DNA from: Marsupella aquatica
Taxonomy: Eukaryota; Plantae; Marchantiophyta
Direction of reading: 5' to 3'
NCBI GenBank assembly: GCA_973895155.1
Contig: OZ316893.1
Span: 19,100,857 to 19,164,856, forward strand
DNA length: 64,000 bases
Shown here: positions 38,142 to 49,070 of the stretch, piece by piece
How positions within the stretch are numbered: position 1 is the stretch's first letter
Layout of the letters: every line of letters begins with the position of its first letter
Notes under the pieces: model-generated
Databases searched by the model: none
The model's input: only the letters and a program-made list of their open reading frames with translations
Told to the model about the DNA's origin: nothing
Made by a program: the position numbers and the translations under genes

Positions 38142-40422
38142 AGCCGGGGGTATGCCCTGTGCACGTCATCTAGGAGAGCAGATGATATGTGGATTCTTGA
38201 TTGTGCTTGCTCTTTTCATATTTGTTACATTCGTGAGTTTTTCAGTTATTACTCTGTTTCAAACGGTTCAGTTCTGATGGGAAATGATCACTCCTGTCAA
38301 ATTGAGAGAATTGGGTCTGTGAAGATTCAAATGTTTGATGGCGCTGTGTGCACAGTGTCAGGAGTCAAGTATGTACCTGGCATGCGTAAGAATCTAATTT
38401 CACTCGGTGTGTTGGATTCAAATGGTCATCAATGGAGCGTTATTGATGGTGAACTTCAAGTCAGGTCGGGAGAGACAATGATTTTGAAGGGGATCAGACA
38501 AAAGAATTTGTATGTGTTACAGGGCAATACTGTATGTGGAGAGGCCAATGTAACCAAGTCTCACGAGGAGATGACTCAACTGTGGCATTCACGGCTAGGC
38601 CACATGAGTAAGAAGGGTTTGGCTATCTTACGAAAGAATGGACTCATTTCTGATTTGCAATCTTGTAAATTAGAGTTCTGTGAGCATTGCAATCTTGGAA
38701 AGCAGCATCATCATGCTTTCGGTGTTGGAACTCATCGTTCCAAAGCGGTTCTTGAGTACATACATAGTGACGTGTGGGGTCCATCCCTGACTCCCTCACA
38801 CTCTAGAAAGTTGTACTATGTATCATTTATTGACGATTACTCAAGATTTGTGTGGATTTATTTCATGACGCATAAGTCTGATGTCTTGTCCATTTTTAAG
38901 AAGTGGAAGGCCTAGGTGGAGAATCAGACTGGAAACACGATCAAGGTTTGGATACAAGGGTGAAGAGTCTGAGGTCAGACAACGGCGGGGAGTACATTTC
39001 CGCGAACACCGTATGTTTGGTACTTGTCCGGAGCTAAGTGTTAAGGTAGTCGAGTTTCGAGATTGAGATTCACAAAGAAAAAAAGTGTGGATTACAATGA
39101 GGTCTTCTCACCAGTTGCTAAGTACTCAACAATACGGCTATTGTGTGTGCTTGTTGTTATGTTTGGTCTGCTGCTAGATCAGATGGATGTTGTCACAGCT
39201 TTCCTCTATGGCACCTTGGAAGAGGTGATCTTCATGAGACAGCCACTAGGTTTTGTGAAGAAAGGGCAAGAGGATTTGGTTTGCAAATTGCTGAGATCCT
39301 TGTACAGGTTGAAGCAGTCACCAAGACAGTGGAATAAGCAGTTTGATGATTGGATCCGTGCACAAGGCTTTCACAGGAGTGTGTTTGACCCATGTGTGTA
39401 TCTTAAACCGGTGAAGAATGCTGTTTTTGGGTTCATTGTTTTAGTACTTTATGTGGATGACATGCTTATTGCGGCCAAGGATAGGTCTGAGATTGTTAAG
39501 CTCAAGGCACTGCTTAGTGCAGAGTTTAAGATGAAGGACTTAGGGCCAGCTAAGAGAATTTTGGGTATGGAGATCACTATGGACTTGAAGGCTGGTAAGC
39601 TATGGTTGACGCAGAGCAATTATGCGAGGAAGGTAATTGCAAGGTTCAACATGGGGGATAGCAAGCCAGTAAGTACCCCATTGGCTCCACACTTCAAATT
39701 GTCATCAGCTTTTTGTCCTACGGATGACACAGAGAAGGGGTTGATGTCAAAGGTTCCGTATGACAAGGCAGTGGGGAGTCTCATGTATTTGATGACTTGC
39801 ACTAGACCTGATCTTGTCATGGCTATGGGCAAGGTGAGCAGGTACATGTCGAATCCAGGGAAGGTACACTGGGAAGCAGTGAAGTGGATTATTCGGTATT
39901 TGAAGGGTACCGTGGATCATGGTCTATTGTTTGATGCACATGTTGATAATGCTAGATCATTGATGGGCTATGTAGATGCTGACTATGCACAGGATCTGGA
40001 TCGGAGGAGGTCAACAACAGGTTACGTGTTCACAATTGGAGGTGGATGCATAAGTTGGAGGTCTACTTTGCAGAAGTGTATTGCTCAGTCTACTACAGAA
40101 GCGGAGTATGTTGCAGCAGCGGAAGCAGCAAAGGAAGCAATTTGGTTGGATAGACTTATCACTGAGATGGGATTGCCACAGGGGAATGTGAAGCTCCATT
40201 GTGATAGTCAGAGTGCACTCCACCTTGCTGTGAACCAGGTGATGGACAGCAGAGTGAAGCACATCGACGTCAAGTACCATTTTATCAGGCAGGCTGTGTC
40301 TGATAATATGTTTGAGCTAGTCAAGATTGACGGTAAACCCAACCCGACTGACGCTTTACCAAAGTGATTCCTTTAGAGAGTTTTTCTAGACATTGTGATG
40401 CGTTGCAGTTGCCTCACAAGTA
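38142..40422 (+). pseudogene. pol: Copia pol (PR, GAG-pre-integrase, partial IN, RT, RNase H), disrupted
   Basis: WILDCACSFH, LWHSRLGH, HSDVWGP, FIDDYSR, then TAG at 38913. LRSDNGGEY jumps to VDYNEVFSPVAK. Also QMDVVTAFL, LYVDDML, YVDADYA and KHIDVKYHF, with a frameshift at NPTDA. Confidence 0.9.
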
Positions 40423-40614
40423 GGGTTACTTAACATTTGTGTAGATACTGAGATATGCTCTTGCTCATTCCTTGCATAGGCTACGGCTTGGTTCTGGTCT
40501 ACTCTCATATAAAGAGGGAAAAACCGATTTGGTTTTTCATTCCAGAACTTCCCGTTGAGCAGTCATATTGGTAGCAGTCTTTACCCTCCCCTAGACCAGA
40601 GTCAAGGGGGAGAT

Positions 40615-40959
40615 TGTTAGGATTTACTCTTAGGTCTAGAGTTATGAATGTACCATAGTTAAGGCTACCCTTAGTCGCAGACTTGGTTAGGTTAGTCATG
40701 CTATGCACACTCTATAACCAAGCGGTGTTTGCTTGGAGAGGGGGAACTCAGGCTCATTGTTACGGAGCTAGTTGAGAGATAGAGAGAGCTTGCGCTATGG
40801 ATGCTTGGTATGGCCGGTCGGCCTAGAGTGCAGTAAAGCTCATGTGTGTTCCCGTGGACGTAGCCTCATGTGGAGGTGAACCACGTATCTCTCTGTGTCG
40901 ACTCTTGTGGGTTAGATGGTTCATGGGCTTGCCGTTGCGATTGTCGTCTATGCTCAACA
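40615..40959 (+). repeat. Right LTR (345 bp)
   Basis: TGTTAGG...CTCAACA preceded by the PPT. Confidence 0.93.
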
Positions 40960-41206
40960 ACTTCAATATTTTTTCCTCATCTTTACATCTTTTTTTTCAC
41001 CTCACCATCTTTTGTCTCCTCGGCATCTTTATCTCTCATCGACTTCTTTTTTCCACCTCAACATCTTTTTTCTCTCATTGACATATTTTTTCAGCTCAAC
41101 ATCTATTACTCACCTCAACATATTTTTCTCTTGTTGAGATATTTTTCACCTCGACATCTCTTCTCACTTCAACAGTTTTTGTCCAACGCACAGGCATAGG
41201 GGTAGT
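40960..41206 (+). mobile_element. 3' remnant of a Helitron-like element of the same family as 12140-12975
   Basis: Same acatctttttt repeats; degenerate terminus gtccaacgcacaggcataggggtagt. Confidence 0.55.
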
Positions 41207-42504
41207 GGAAAGATATTTCCAAGCAGTTTCTGTAGAACCCCAAGAATAAGATTACATTGGATAGTGAGGGAGATACACGATGTCAAAGTTAGCTGCTAAA
41301 AAACTCTCCCAAGTGCAAAGAGTTGGCCCTTAGTGATAGAATAATCATTAGAAATTCAGGACTCTCTCAATTCTAAAACCTAGAGATATTAGAGTGTTCA
41401 GTTTTGCTCTATTTGCCGGTTTTTCTAACATAGTTTCAAGCCAGTTCTGACAAAGCTAAGAAGAGCTGATTCTGTTGGATTAGTGAAGGTCAAACTTTGC
41501 TATGAAAAATCTTTTTGGAAACAATAAGGGTACTGGCGAGTGATTTTTCCAGTAAAGAATAGGGTATCTCAAAGTTCAGATTTCCTAGTGACTCAAAATT
41601 TAATGTTTTAGCAAATTTCATTTCAAGTATTCAGTATTTTATCCTGAATGATGGAAGGAGGGAAAGGATAAGATAATCCTTCACAAGCTCAAATTACGCA
41701 TTCATAACAAGACTGATAACAAGAATGAAGAGATTTGGCAACAACAAATTGAGGCAAGTGATAGCCATGAGAACACGAAACATTTCACTCTCAATTTGTA
41801 TGATTTTAGAGTGCTTTTCCATGATGTCCCACCCCAGAACCTGAGACGGCTTCATGATTTCTTGAAACAAGCTATGCATCAGGTTGTCCCCTCGCAAGTT
41901 GCCCTCACAATTTGACTATCTCAATCCTTGCCCAAGATCTTGGATGGGGGCTTGGGTCGCTTGGACGCAAATGGAGTAGGGCTCTTAGGATTAGTGGTAG
42001 TGCAAGCTGCTTTTTAGTCACCGCAGTCAAAGTTCTCTTAGTGCCTCTAGGTTAAGAAGGTTTCTTGGGACGAACCAACAAGAACAGCTCGAAGAAGCAA
42101 GTCAAGCACTTCATATGAGTATTATGACAAACGAAATAGTGGCCCGTCCATAAGTTGAGTTGCAGTCCGGTTGCTAACCTTGAGGTAGATTCAAGGGTGA
42201 CTCCTCTCCAGGTGATGAACCATATCAAATACGTTGTGGAACTTAAGCCGTGTGCGGAGGTGAACATAATCGGAAGCATTCTGAATTCTATCTCAAAATG
42301 CAAAAATTCATGTACAAAGATTGCTCATATAGATTTTTATCAGGAAGGAGTACCATGAGCAAAGTTTCGTTTCAACTCAAAACCCACTACGAATCCATTT
42401 GAATCTACATTAGTGCTCCTTCTCGGAGAAAAGAATCAGGTTGACAAAACAATCACACCCTGCGAACCAGGTGAAGAAAAATGTATCTATTGTACACAAT
42501 ATAA

Positions 42505-43539
42505 TTACTGTACTTCACTCTCTGGAACCCACTTCCAATAGTGTCGCTTTACACCCAGTGCTCTCAAAGATACAGACTCATCACCGTCTCTCCCTTGCTC
42601 TGATTCACCTTCGAAGGTGGAAAACTCACCGGATGGAAGCTGTGCAATGCGGGCCTCCATTGAGTGGATAATGAAACGTGTATTTAAACCTGGGTAGGAA
42701 ATCGAATCTCTCTCCTGTTCCTCTCTTGTGTAGGATTCTGAGTCCATCGTCACCCTTTGCCTTGACCCCAATTCCGGGCCCAGTTCCTCAAAAACTCCCC
42801 TTAGACAAGCTTCTTCTGCAGCTTCCCCTGGTTTGAACTTCTCAGACAGAGGCCGGTTTCTCGCTCGTCTACTTCCATCGCTCATCTCTTGATATGCCTC
42901 CACGAGCACTTCACCTTTCTCGTTTTTTATCTTCACGCTAGCCACGTTCACTATTCGTTCAGGCGGCCTGGTATCTTCTATGGTGCACTCACCTGAAGTC
43001 AACTCATTCCAGAGGTTGACAATCCTCTTAGAACCTGGTGCAATTCCCCATTGACTCACTACTGAGCTGCCCAGCCTATCTTCCAACCAATGCGAGAGAT
43101 CTTCAACATGCCTTAGCTCTTCAGCGATTGCAAGGGCACGACTAATTTTCGTCATCCCCAGTGGATCCACGCTCTGATCGTGGCTCAATTCATTGCGGTG
43201 ACTCGCCTCGAGGGCAGAGGCCAAGCCTTTCGTGTCTTGTTCGAAGCTGAATGGCAACGATTCTTTCGATGACCCTTCACTCGCATTCCCTGCACCTCCT
43301 ACTAGGAAACTAGAGGGTGCATCATTGGTTAAGAATTGATCACCCCCATGTGGATGACAGTCGACACCCGCTGTACTCATCGATCCCGAAGTGGCTGGAT
43401 GAGCGGTTGGAGGGAATACCATGCCATGGGCTGGGTCAAATTTCACAGCTGAGCTCGCGGCGTTGTGCTCCTCGATGGTCGAGACCGTTTGAGACGAACA
43501 GGCAATTCGTGAGACAAAGTCAGGTGTCGGGGTGTTCAT
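42505..43539 (-). CDS. Conserved plant Nudix-fold protein of unknown function, single-exon CDS (344 aa)
   Basis: WGIAPGSKRIVNLWNEL..GE, VLVEAYQEMSDG..RARNRPLSEKFKPGEAAEEACLRGVFEELG (Nudix-box-like), SYPGL and HYWKW. Confidence 0.85.
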   Translation of the reverse strand: MNTPTPDFVSRIACSSQTVSTIEEHNAASSAVKFDPAHGMVFPPTAHPATSGSMSTAGVDCHPHGGDQFLTNDAPSSFLVGGAGNASEGSSKESLPFSFEQDTKGLASALEASHRNELSHDQSVDPLGMTKISRALAIAEELRHVEDLSHWLEDRLGSSVVSQWGIAPGSKRIVNLWNELTSGECTIEDTRPPERIVNVASVKIKNEKGEVLVEAYQEMSDGSRRARNRPLSEKFKPGEAAEEACLRGVFEELGPELGSRQRVTMDSESYTREEQERDSISYPGLNTRFIIHSMEARIAQLPSGEFSTFEGESEQGRDGDESVSLRALGVKRHYWKWVPESEVQ

Positions 43540-45566
43540 GTTCTCGTCGTACTAATCCCCCCCTCGCCTTTCCTCGCAGACAATCCTTGCAACTACAGTT
43601 CAGAGCCTTCTAATTGCATTCAAGGTACCTCCGTCCAGAACTCTTGCTTCCGCTACGCTGTCGGGCAAAAAGAAGGATTCCACCTCCAGAGTCAAAGAGA
43701 TCAGGAACCCTAGGAGTACACACGTCCTGAGCTTCAACTGCAGGAGTTTGTTTCGACCTGCAAACCAACACGATACGAGAATCCTCTCTAGCCAGCAATT
43801 GCTGACCTTATTCCCCTAGACTGCCTGAATTCCTAACTAGTAAGCATGATATGATATTCCTCCCCCAAAATCTGCCCTCACAGACAGTGGCAACGAACGA
43901 GGATTTGTGTAAACGCTACTGAGCTTTCGAACACTAAAACGATGTTTGAATGAGTAAGAAAGGAACCCTACAACCATTCGACGTGCGGGAAGAAAATAAT
44001 CAAGAGCAGAGCCCAATCGACAGCAATGAGTTCCAACTCGGGATTCTTCAGCAGAAAGGATAAGTATAAGGGTGGCTCTCGAGAGAGCGAAATACAGAGC
44101 AGAAAGGGATAACTGTATGGGTAGCTTTATGAGACGTGGGGGGTACTTATGACTTCGTCTTACCAAAGAAAAGAAAACTGGAGTTCCACTTCTAAACACA
44201 GGCTCCACACCGAAGATCTTTTGAAATGCAATCGATAAATCCAATTGTATTCAATGAAGAAGCCAAACTTTGTTGGACAGCCTTTTGGAAGTGGTAAAAC
44301 ATTATAGATAAAATAAGTACTCCACATCCGCATTTACTTGGGCCCAAGTGCTCTCCATGTAAGATAGGCAGATGAGTCTCTGAGCTTGCGTAAAGCCCAC
44401 TGTAGCAGTTTCTGCACATTATATAGTCCACGTTTAATGGTACAATGGAAAAGACAAACAAGGGAAAGGCACAGAGTGTCCCCTAAAAGCCACCCTAAGT
44501 GATAGCAAAGGGCCGCCCGGTTGACGGGGTAAGGCTGGTCCACTGGCACCTTGTTATGTGGTGCCAAACCAGTCACCTGGGATCTCGGATTAACTACAGC
44601 AGTTTAGTTAACCCCATGACATGGCGGTCAAGGTGGCAATTATAATCTCAATCAATTTGGGGGATAGGCTAAAAAAAATGATACCCTCAAATTGGGCACA
44701 CAAAGAGCTTTTAGGAGAATCTGCACTTGGAGTCACATGAGGGGTCAACCGATCGGAATTTTTATGCTTTGTAGGTTGATACATTGACACCCCTTTCATT
44801 CATGCACTCCACCTGGAACAATTTCAAATGCTACTTTTTACTCATATACAAACGTCTCCTTTGTACAAATGCTCTCTCATTTGGGTGTCAAAACTGTTTC
44901 AACTAGGGGAGTGTATATCACACTGCAAATAAAATAAAAAGTGTCTAACTGGGAGACATAATCCTACAGGCAAGAGATCCAATAAAGGAGAAAAGACAAT
45001 GAATAAACCACAAATAGACCAAAGAGCCAAAAAAACCAAGTCCCCAATAAGAGTCTCTCACAACAGAAAACTAAAACCAAACAGGTTACAAACCCAAAGG
45101 CAAAAGACCCAGCAAATGGAAAAAAATCCCAAGGAAAAACCTCTGATAGACTAAAGATCCCAAGAACAAAAAAACCAAGTCCCTCACAACAGAAAACTAG
45201 ACCTAACAACCCCTATGGGCACAAACTGAAAAGCCTTGCAAAACTCAGGGGTAAACAGTATATGCCAAGGGTCACAAAGAGGAATTTGAGAATCAACTTA
45301 AAAAGGTAAAAGTAGAGTTTTGAACTCTAGGGTAATCCTGATGTGAGGGTCATTAAGAGAACCAACTTGGAAAATGGTGAAGAGAGTGTTTTGAAACCAT
45401 AGCATGATTACCTATATTTTACTAATAATTTGCAACCATAAGTTACTCTAAAGGCCTATTGTCTAGAGTGAAGCCTCTGGACCTTAACCCCAATAAGGAC
45501 AAAACTGACAATGATTTTAAATAAGTACAATATCTAAAATGAGGGTGGACAAGAAAAGGGGCAAAT

Positions 45567-45897
45567 TGTTAAAGATTGCTCTTAGTCTTGTGATTCATAG
45601 GTTACGGCACTTAGGCTAATCATAGTTAGGGTCTTAGCTGAGGTTAGGTTAGTCGTGTGTGACCTTGTATATACCAGGGCTAGTGTAAGCCGCTGGTATG
45701 TGGTGCTTGCTCATTGTAATAGAGCAACTTGGGAAGAGGGAGAGCACATGTGTTCGTCTACTCTTGAAGTAAAGTTGATGTGTTCATGTGGACGTAGCCT
45801 TAGAGAAGAGGTGAACCATGTATGGATTGTGTCGACTACGTGAGCATGGTATGAGTCATGATTGTATTGTCGTAAAGGAAGACGTCATAATTCAACA
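45567..45897 (+). mobile_element. Solo LTR (331 bp) related to the copia LTRs
   Basis: TGTTA...TCAACA termini; flanks CAAAT/CAAAC (4 of 5 TSD match). Shares ggttaggttagtc, gctcattgt and gtggacgtagcct...ggtgaacca.gta...gtgtcgact with LTR 35157-35503. Confidence 0.8.
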
Positions 45898-46485
45898 CAA
45901 ACATGAACAAAAGTCACATTGATCTAAATAAAAATAAAACTAAAATGAGGATGAACAGAAAAGAGGGATAAGGCAAAGATGAACAGGGTATCATAGAATC
46001 CTTTTTTTGGTAAGATTTTTAATTGCTGTCTTATATCTATTTGTGTTCAGGAAGGGGTAATCGGGCTCATAAAGTGTGACACAAAGTTACTTTCTAGGGC
46101 TACCATCTAGATTGAAGTCTCTAGCCCATAAATCTCAATAAGGGACAAAAATGACAGTAACTAATTAAGGACAAAAATGAAGGGGGGGGGGGGGGGTTAC
46201 ATGCAAGGATGGGGCAATGATGAAAAGGAAATAGCATAGAATGTTTCTTTTTGTACAATGTATTTTTTCTTTTTTAATCTTTGTCTCTATGTCAGGAACT
46301 GGTAATTGGGCTAGTCTGTAGAACTACAAGTGGCCCTCCACCAGGTACACTGAATATCCCAAAATTTGATCCTGTGAACAAACATTACAGGTGCACCTGC
46401 ACCAGATTGCACCTATAACTGTCTAAACCTTAGCTCTCATTATACACTCCATAGGTTCAGTTTTAGTAGGAATGAGCTTGAGCTC

Positions 46486-46670
46486 CACAAATGGAGCTTA
46501 GTGATCCACCTTCTATGGTGAGTAGAGAGTCATAAAATGGGGCACAAATGGAGCTTAGTGCTCCACCTTCTATGGTGAGTAGAGAGGCATAAAATGGGGC
46601 TGGCTTTTATAGGGGCAGGTGCTCCACCTTTTTAGCGAGGCATAAAATGGGGTTTTTATAGGGACAGGTG
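46486..46670 (+). repeat. 57-bp tandem duplication plus partial copies
   Basis: cacaaatggagcttagtg.tccaccttctatggtgagtagagag.cataaaatgggg at 46486 and 46543. Confidence 0.85.
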
Positions 46671-47340
46671 TGGTTTTAGCCACCCTTACGTTTCTCGTGG
46701 CTTTTAGATGCTGCAACTCATGACAACCCACATTGCTGTGTAGTGACAGAACGCCTCTTGAGCTATGAAACTTCGGGGCAGGTGGAACTAACAAATTGTT
46801 GCTCTTGAGGAGAGGTGAGGAGACCAACGACGGGACGTTGTGAGGCGGAATGGGTCAGCAACACATTTTCCAATTTCGAACGCCCACTGTGAGCGAGGAA
46901 TGAGTTTGGATGTGGGGGATGGCAGGCTTGGCACGAACGCAACTCGCCGCAGCTTCAAGCACAAACAATTGCCTCAGGCGCTGCAGAAGGGAAAAGACTA
47001 CGAGTCCATTCGGTTTGCGCGGAGCTGGCCACGATCCCAGCTGAGCATCGAACGGGACGGGGAGGCAGTTTGTGGACCTCTGTTTTAGGTCAAGAAGTAA
47101 TTCGCACACTGCCCTAGCGGTGGCCTTTGGGGATTCGAGGGGATTTTGCTATTCTAATTTGGATCACGCAAGATGGGCGAGTCGAAGGTTCCGGACAAGT
47201 ACTGAGCATCGAAGAGGAGGTGGAAGCATTTTTCAGACTTCTGCTTTAGGTCGAGAAGGGTCTCCCACGCTGCCGTAGGGGTAACCTTTGGGTATTCAAG
47301 TTTTGAGCAGGGTTTTCTACTCTAGTTTTCATCAGGCAAG

Positions 47341-48402
47341 ATGGGCGAGCGGAAGGTTCTGAACAAGTACTATCCACCGGATTTCGATCCGGCGAAAATT
47401 CCCCGTCGAAGGCAACCGAAGAATTTGCAGATCAAAGTGCGTATGATGTTGCCAATGAGCATTCGGTGTAATACTTGCGGGAACTACATATACAAAGGGA
47501 CGAAGTTCAATTCCCGCAAGGAAGACTGCCTCGATGAGACTTATTTGGGAATTCAAATTCTGAGATTTTACTTCAAATGTAGTCGATGTTCTGCGGAGCT
47601 AACTATGAAGACCGATCCGCAAAACAGTGACTACACAATGGAATCTGGAGCTACGCGGAATTTCGAACCGTGGCGAGCTACAGACGAGGCTGTAGATGCT
47701 GCGAAATCCAAGCGCGAAGCTGAGGAGATGGGGGATGCAATGAAAGCTCTGGAAAACAGAACATTAGATTCGAAGCAAGAGATGGACATTATGGCAGCTT
47801 TGGACGAGATGAAATCTATGCGGGCACGTCATGCAGGTGTAGGCACAGCAGACATGCTGGAGGCCCTGAATAAGACAAGAGAAGTGAGGCAAAAGGATCT
47901 GGCAGACGAAGACGAGGCAGTCTTGCGGTCTGTAGTTTTTCAGAATTCAAGTAATTTAGTTCGTCGAATTGAAGATGATGAATTTGACGATGATATTGAG
48001 GATTATTTCTTCGAGGAAGAGTCACAGCAACAAGAAAGGAAGCGAAAAGGAGAGTCTTTGGAGAGCCAAATGGGCAACAAAAACAATGGAGGATTAGAGT
48101 CTGCTAACTCCTTAGTGGAACGCACTCAGGAGACAGAGGACAAGGGTAACGCGCTTAAAAAGAAAGCAAGGCCTGTGGAAGCACCCTTTGCGGTGAGGCC
48201 TAAGCCAGTGACGTTCTCAGTCAAACCAAAGGCATCCTCCACTATTGCAACAGCAGGGAAAACAAAGAGTGAAACTTCTACCCCGAAATCGTATGATGTT
48301 GGGGGCAACACGAAAACGGTGGACAACGGTAATGGCAAAGCTGAGGTCCAGGGCACGGGCCTGTCAGCCCTTGGCTTAGCATACGATAGTGACTCTGATT
48401 AA
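47341..48402 (+). CDS. YJU2: Splicing factor YJU2/CCDC94 (Cwc16), intronless CDS, 353 aa
   Basis: MGERKVLNKYYPPDFDP...VRMMLPMSIRCNTCGNYIYKGTKFNSRKE...YLGIQILRFYFKCSRC...KTDPQNSDY...GATRNFEPW...LENRTLDSK; C-terminal AYDSDSD. Confidence 0.96.
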   Translation: MGERKVLNKYYPPDFDPAKIPRRRQPKNLQIKVRMMLPMSIRCNTCGNYIYKGTKFNSRKEDCLDETYLGIQILRFYFKCSRCSAELTMKTDPQNSDYTMESGATRNFEPWRATDEAVDAAKSKREAEEMGDAMKALENRTLDSKQEMDIMAALDEMKSMRARHAGVGTADMLEALNKTREVRQKDLADEDEAVLRSVVFQNSSNLVRRIEDDEFDDDIEDYFFEEESQQQERKRKGESLESQMGNKNNGGLESANSLVERTQETEDKGNALKKKARPVEAPFAVRPKPVTFSVKPKASSTIATAGKTKSETSTPKSYDVGGNTKTVDNGNGKAEVQGTGLSALGLAYDSDSD

Positions 48403-48476
48403 GACGAGTGACACTATGATCTTCCGGATTCAGTCCAACAGATTTCTTCAGACCTATTAGAAAAACAACTGCGTTT

Positions 48477-48860
48477 GTCTCTTGCTTTGTGGGTACGGAT
48501 GTCCTCCTAGGTACATTGAGAGCCACCTACTACTCCGTGTTCATAATTGCCTTCACTTCTCATTTAACTTTCCAAATTCATGGCAATAGATCTGTCCAGA
48601 ACAGTTAGAAGAGAATTTGCCTTCGTCTCTTGCTTTGTCGAAATGTGCATGTAGAGATACCCTCCTAGGTACCCTGCGAGCAAGCTACGATCCTGTGTTC
48701 ATAATTGCCTTCACTGCTCATTTGACTTCCCGAATTCACGGCAAGAGATCTGTTCAGAACTGTTAGAAGAAACTTTGCCTTCATCTTGATTTGTCGAAAT
48801 GTGCATATGCTTTGTAGGGAAACTCTCCCAGGTACATTGCGAGTCAGCATGGCTTCTGTT
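48477..48860 (+). repeat. Diverged tandem repeat (~150-160-bp unit, about 2.4 copies) downstream of YJU2
   Basis: cctcctaggtac...gtgttcataattgccttcact.ctcattt.actt.cc.aattca.ggcaa.agatctgt.cagaac.gttagaaga repeated. Confidence 0.8.
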
Positions 48861-49030
48861 CTCAATGCATGATATGTCAGTCTCAAACAAGCTATCCAAC
48901 ATTGAATTCGATTGCGACACGCTTTTCTTGTCTGCCTGTAAATTCCCCTACCTTCCTGGTGAATATTAGGCCCTGGAACCTAAATCTAAGGCCAGTGTGA
49001 CGCTCTGCGACCTAAATATGTCGGCTGCTA

Positions 49031-49070
49031 CTTTCTTTCGCTCTTTCTTTCGCTCTTTCTTTCGCTCGCT
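49031..49070 (+). repeat. (CTTTCTTTCGCT)x3 microsatellite
   Basis: Read directly. Confidence 0.8.

Larger units (their letters stand above)
35157..40959 (+). mobile_element. Ty1/copia LTR retrotransposon, defective (nonsense mutations, internal deletion)
   Basis: LTRs TG...CA at 35157-35503 and 40615-40959; PBS TGGTATCAGAGC (iMet) at 35506; PPT AAGGGGGAGA before the 3' LTR; domain order gag-PR-IN-RT-RH. Confidence 0.95.
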
